From Hyalangium minutum (GTDB taxonomy: Bacteria > Myxococcota > Myxococcia > Myxococcales > Myxococcaceae), in assembly GCF_000737315.1 (NCBI RefSeq), contig NZ_JMCB01000015.1, positions 1-64,000 of the forward strand: a stretch of 64,000 bases of DNA. Reading direction: 5' to 3'. The notes beneath the pieces were generated by a model. The model was not told where the DNA came from and did not search any database. It was given only the letters and a program-made list of their open reading frames with translations. Shown one piece after another: positions 60,750 to 64,000 of this stretch. A program made the position numbers and the translations under genes. Every line of letters begins with the position of its first letter. Position 1 is the stretch's first letter.

Positions 60750-61192
60750 ACTTCCAGGACAACCTCATCGAGAACGAGATGGGGGTCGAGCGGGTAGTGA
60801 AGACCTCGAAGCGCGTGGCGGTGTTGGGGATCAAGACGGAGCAGCAGTCGGGGCAGCCGGCGTTCTACGTGCCGGAGTATCTGGCGCGGGCGGGGGTGGA
60901 GGTGGTTCCGGTGCCCGTGTACTACCCGGAGGTGAAGCAGATCCTCGGCAAGCCGGTGTACCGGAAGCTGGTGGATATTCCGGGGGAGATTGACCTGGTG
61001 AATGTGTTCCGGCGGCCACAGGACATCGATCAGCACCTGGAGGACATCATCGCCAAGAAGCCGAAGGCGGTGTGGTTCCAGTCGGGCATCCGCAACGACG
61101 CGGCGGCCGAGAAGCTGGCGCAGGCGGGCATCCAGGTGGTGCAGGACCGGTGCCTGATGGTGGAGCACCGCCGCTACGCCATCCTGGGGTGA
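60746..61192 (+). CDS. CoA-binding domain protein (YccU-like)
   Basis: RVAVLG, VDLVNVFRR, AVWFQSGIRN, VVQDRCLMVEH; ATGA overlap. Confidence 0.9.
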   Translation: MNFQDNLIENEMGVERVVKTSKRVAVLGIKTEQQSGQPAFYVPEYLARAGVEVVPVPVYYPEVKQILGKPVYRKLVDIPGEIDLVNVFRRPQDIDQHLEDIIAKKPKAVWFQSGIRNDAAAEKLAQAGIQVVQDRCLMVEHRRYAILG

Positions 61193-61560
61193 TTCGGCAC
61201 GTACTTTCGCACCACGCTCAGGAGCTCGTCGGCATCGATGGGCTTCACCAGGCAGTCGGCCGCCGCGAGCTGCGCGGCCTTTTCGCGCGCCGCGTGATGG
61301 CCCGAGATGAGCACGACGGGGATGTCGGCGTACTGGGGCGTGTCGTGGATTGACGTGAGGAAGTCTTCTCCATCCATCCGCGGCATCATCATGTCCAGGA
61401 GGATCACCGAAGGGGGCTCGCCCGCTCTCAGGTGGTCGAGCGCGTCCAGTCCGTCCCTCGCCGAGTCGACCTCATAGCCCTCCGAGCACAGCAGCAGGCT
61501 GAGGATGTCGCGGATGTCCTCGTCGTCGTCCACCACCAGGATCGACCCGCCAGCGCTCAT
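61174..61560 (-). CDS. Single-domain response regulator
   Basis: ILVVDDD, LLDMMMPRMDG, ISG, LVKP; ATGA overlap with the kinase stop. Confidence 0.93.
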   Translation of the reverse strand: MSAGGSILVVDDDEDIRDILSLLLCSEGYEVDSARDGLDALDHLRAGEPPSVILLDMMMPRMDGEDFLTSIHDTPQYADIPVVLISGHHAAREKAAQLAAADCLVKPIDADELLSVVRKYVPNHPRMA

Positions 61561-64000
61561 GACGCTCTCCTTCCTCGAGGCAGCTGGATCGTGAACGTGG
61601 AGCCCACTCCCGGCTCGCTCTTGACGCTGACCGATCCCCCCAGGCCTTCGACCAGTGTCTTCACGATGTGGAGCCCCAACCCCAGGCCCCCGTAGTGGCG
61701 CACCGACACCCCGCGCTCGAAGGGATGGAAGATCCGCTCCAGATTCTCGTGGCTGATGCCCATCCCTTGGTCCCTCACGAGGAGCTGCGCGTGCCCCTCC
61801 CGCGCCCGGGCTGTGAGCTCGATCGGCTTGCCCATCCCGAACTTCAGTGCATTGGAGAGCAGGTTCGTGACGATCTGCTCCACGAGCGCCTTGTCCCACT
61901 CGCCAACGATCTGTCCGTCGACCGTGATGGACAGCGGCGAGCCGGAGCAGCCGATCTCCGGCTGCAGCCGCGTCGCGACCTGCCGGATCACGTCACCCAG
62001 GTCCACCTGCTGGTACTCGAAGTGGAGCTGCCCCGACTGGATCCGGCCCAGATCCAGCAACTCGGTGACGAACCGCGACAGGCGGCGGTCCTCCCGCTCG
62101 ATCATGTCGAACACCTTCGACTGCTGCGACGCGGGCACCTTCCCCTTCCGCAGGCATTGGACGGCCAGGTGCAGCGAGGTGGTGGGACCGCGGATCTCAT
62201 GCGCCGCGATGGAGAGGAATTCCTCCCGGGCCCGCAGCGCCTCTTGGGCCCGCTGGTAGAGGTGGGCATTCTCCAGGGAGAGCACCGCGCGGCGGGCCAG
62301 CTCCTCGACGAGCTCCAGGTCGGTCTGCTCGTACTTGCGGTGCGGCGAGGCGCGGCAGGTGAGCGCGCCCACCAGCCGTCCCTTCATCATCAGAGGCACG
62401 CCCAGGTAGCAGGTGGAGGCCTCTGCGTAGATGAGCGGGTGTCCCGCGAGCACGGCTGGGTGGAGTTCCGGCGAGAGGGGCCTGTGCTCATCCCGTGAGA
62501 CGGCGAGCAGCCGCCGAGGGCCCTCGCCGTTGAACAGATCGATCGCGCAGCCGTCGCCCAGGTGCTGCACCACGAGGTGGGCCACCCCCTCGAGAGCCTT
62601 CTCCACATCGAGCGAGCCCAGCAGCCGCGCCGCTTCGGAGAGAAACAGTGCCCGCTGCAGCAGTTGCTCGCGCTCGGAGATGTCCCGGAAGCTCCACACC
62701 CGGCCCACGATGGCGTCCCCCACGCGCTGGGGCCGCGAGTACCGCTCGAAGACCCGGCCGTCCTTGAACTGGATGCGGTCGACGGACTCCTGGCCCGGCC
62801 GGGAGTAGCGCTCGTGGATGCACTGGATGAACTCCTCCCTGTCCTCGATCTGATCGAGCACGTAGGCGAGGAGCGGTGGCGCCTCTTGGCGCTGGGCGAG
62901 CTCGGGCGGGATCCGCCACAGGCTCAGAAAGCGCTGGTTGTAGAGCACCACCCGCTTGTGAAGATCGACGACGAGGAGCCCGTCGGCGGTGGCCTCGATC
63001 GTGGCCTGGAGCAGCGAGTGCGACCGATCGCTCTGGTGGAGGGTCTCCTGCAGATCCCTCTGGAGCCAGGCGTTGTCGAGCGCCAATGCCATGCGGCGGC
63101 CCAGTTCCTGGGCCAGCGCGAGATCCGCCGACGTGTAGCGGCGGCCGGTGCGCGACAGGGCGAATGTGGCAACCCCGATCACTCTTCCCCGCGCGATGAG
63201 TGGGACGGTGATGACAGAGCAGGGGCTCAAGGACTGGACGCTCCGCACGTGTTGCTCGTCGCGGCCCGAGGCGCGGAGAAGCTCCTCGGTGACCTCGGAG
63301 ATCAGGAGGGATTTGCCGGACCTCAATGCCCGTGCCTGGGGCTGCGAAGAGTCCAGGTCGATCGGGTGGTTGCGATGCAGGGCCTCGACCTCCTGCACCT
63401 TGCTCGCGTCGACGTGAGCCCAGGAGACAGGCTGGAGCACCTCGTTCTCCAGGGCATCGATGAGGCACCAGTCCGCCAGCTGTGGGACGGCCACGGTGGC
63501 GAGCCGGGGCCGGAGCGCCTCGAGGCCCGGCGACTCGGCGAACTCGGCGCTCGCATTGGAGAGCAGGCGCAGCGAGGCCTCGACCCGCGCCCGCTCCGCG
63601 AAGAGCCGGCTGTTCTCCAGCGCGATGGCCATCTGGGCTGATAACAACCGGAGCATCTCGGCCCGCTCGGGCGCAAAGGCATCCCGCGAGAGGTTGTTCT
63701 CGAAGTAGAGGACCCCGAGCACCCGGTTCGCTCGGGCAATGGGCACCACCAGCACGGATCGCACGCTGTTCCCAGAAACATAAGGGTCCGCGGTGAAGCA
63801 TCCCTCGCGTGCCGCGTCCCCCAGCAAGAACACCTCTCGGGACCGGATGACGTGGCGGATGATCGAGATGGGAACCGAGCGCCCCTCCGCCAGTGGCCGC
63901 TGCTCCAGGAACACCTCGCGCCGGGCGGTCGCCGTGGCGCGGATGACGAACTCGCCCTCGTCCAGCACGAGCACCGCCCGCTCCGCTGCTGCAGCCTCCA
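61557..64000 (-). CDS. Multi-sensor histidine kinase (GAF-GAF-PAS-GAF-HisKA-HATPase), 5' end outside the window
   Basis: FLSIAAHEIRGP H-box, NLLSNALKF, DQGMGI, GGLGLGL, GSTF; several GAF (VPL..RG..G..ALDNA) and one PAS segment. Confidence 0.92.
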   Translation of the reverse strand, partial: EAAAAERAVLVLDEGEFVIRATATARREVFLEQRPLAEGRSVPISIIRHVIRSREVFLLGDAAREGCFTADPYVSGNSVRSVLVVPIARANRVLGVLYFENNLSRDAFAPERAEMLRLLSAQMAIALENSRLFAERARVEASLRLLSNASAEFAESPGLEALRPRLATVAVPQLADWCLIDALENEVLQPVSWAHVDASKVQEVEALHRNHPIDLDSSQPQARALRSGKSLLISEVTEELLRASGRDEQHVRSVQSLSPCSVITVPLIARGRVIGVATFALSRTGRRYTSADLALAQELGRRMALALDNAWLQRDLQETLHQSDRSHSLLQATIEATADGLLVVDLHKRVVLYNQRFLSLWRIPPELAQRQEAPPLLAYVLDQIEDREEFIQCIHERYSRPGQESVDRIQFKDGRVFERYSRPQRVGDAIVGRVWSFRDISEREQLLQRALFLSEAARLLGSLDVEKALEGVAHLVVQHLGDGCAIDLFNGEGPRRLLAVSRDEHRPLSPELHPAVLAGHPLIYAEASTCYLGVPLMMKGRLVGALTCRASPHRKYEQTDLELVEELARRAVLSLENAHLYQRAQEALRAREEFLSIAAHEIRGPTTSLHLAVQCLRKGKVPASQQSKVFDMIEREDRRLSRFVTELLDLGRIQSGQLHFEYQQVDLGDVIRQVATRLQPEIGCSGSPLSITVDGQIVGEWDKALVEQIVTNLLSNALKFGMGKPIELTARAREGHAQLLVRDQGMGISHENLERIFHPFERGVSVRHYGGLGLGLHIVKTLVEGLGGSVSVKSEPGVGSTFTIQLPRGRRAS

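Overview
High-GC myxobacterial (Cystobacterineae-like; inferred from gene families and low-complexity TPR proteins) chromosomal window. It contains a core cluster (dnaX, ffs, tadA, five tRNAs including all four tRNA-Ser, serS), envelope and glycan genes, two very large membrane-anchored TPR proteins and a radC-DUF3006-recQ operon. It also has a lipoprotein HNH toxin / SMI1-KNR4 immunity pair, a kynurenine / 3-hydroxyanthranilate catabolic operon, an incomplete myo-inositol catabolic cluster with an atypical transaldolase, and a truncated multi-GAF histidine kinase at the right edge. No CRISPR array, rRNA or transposase was seen. The strongest candidates for something undescribed are: (1) a complete sigma54 promoter architecture (two dyad enhancer sites, IHF site, -24/-12 box) driving only a ~80-nt structured, intrinsically terminated RNA at 18.3 kb; (2) a gamma-length dnaX ending in UUU-CGC-GUC-UGA with an open Pro/Ala-rich +1 frame, suggesting programmed +1 frameshifting; (3) a sigma54-preceded 844-aa orphan with a glycine-rich hydrophobic, pore-former-like C-terminus; (4) a transaldolase-fold enzyme with the catalytic Glu replaced by Gln where IolC/IolJ should be; (5) a lone Pyr4/PaxB-like membrane cyclase homolog behind the kynurenine operon. 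All calls come from reading the sequence; no searches were run.
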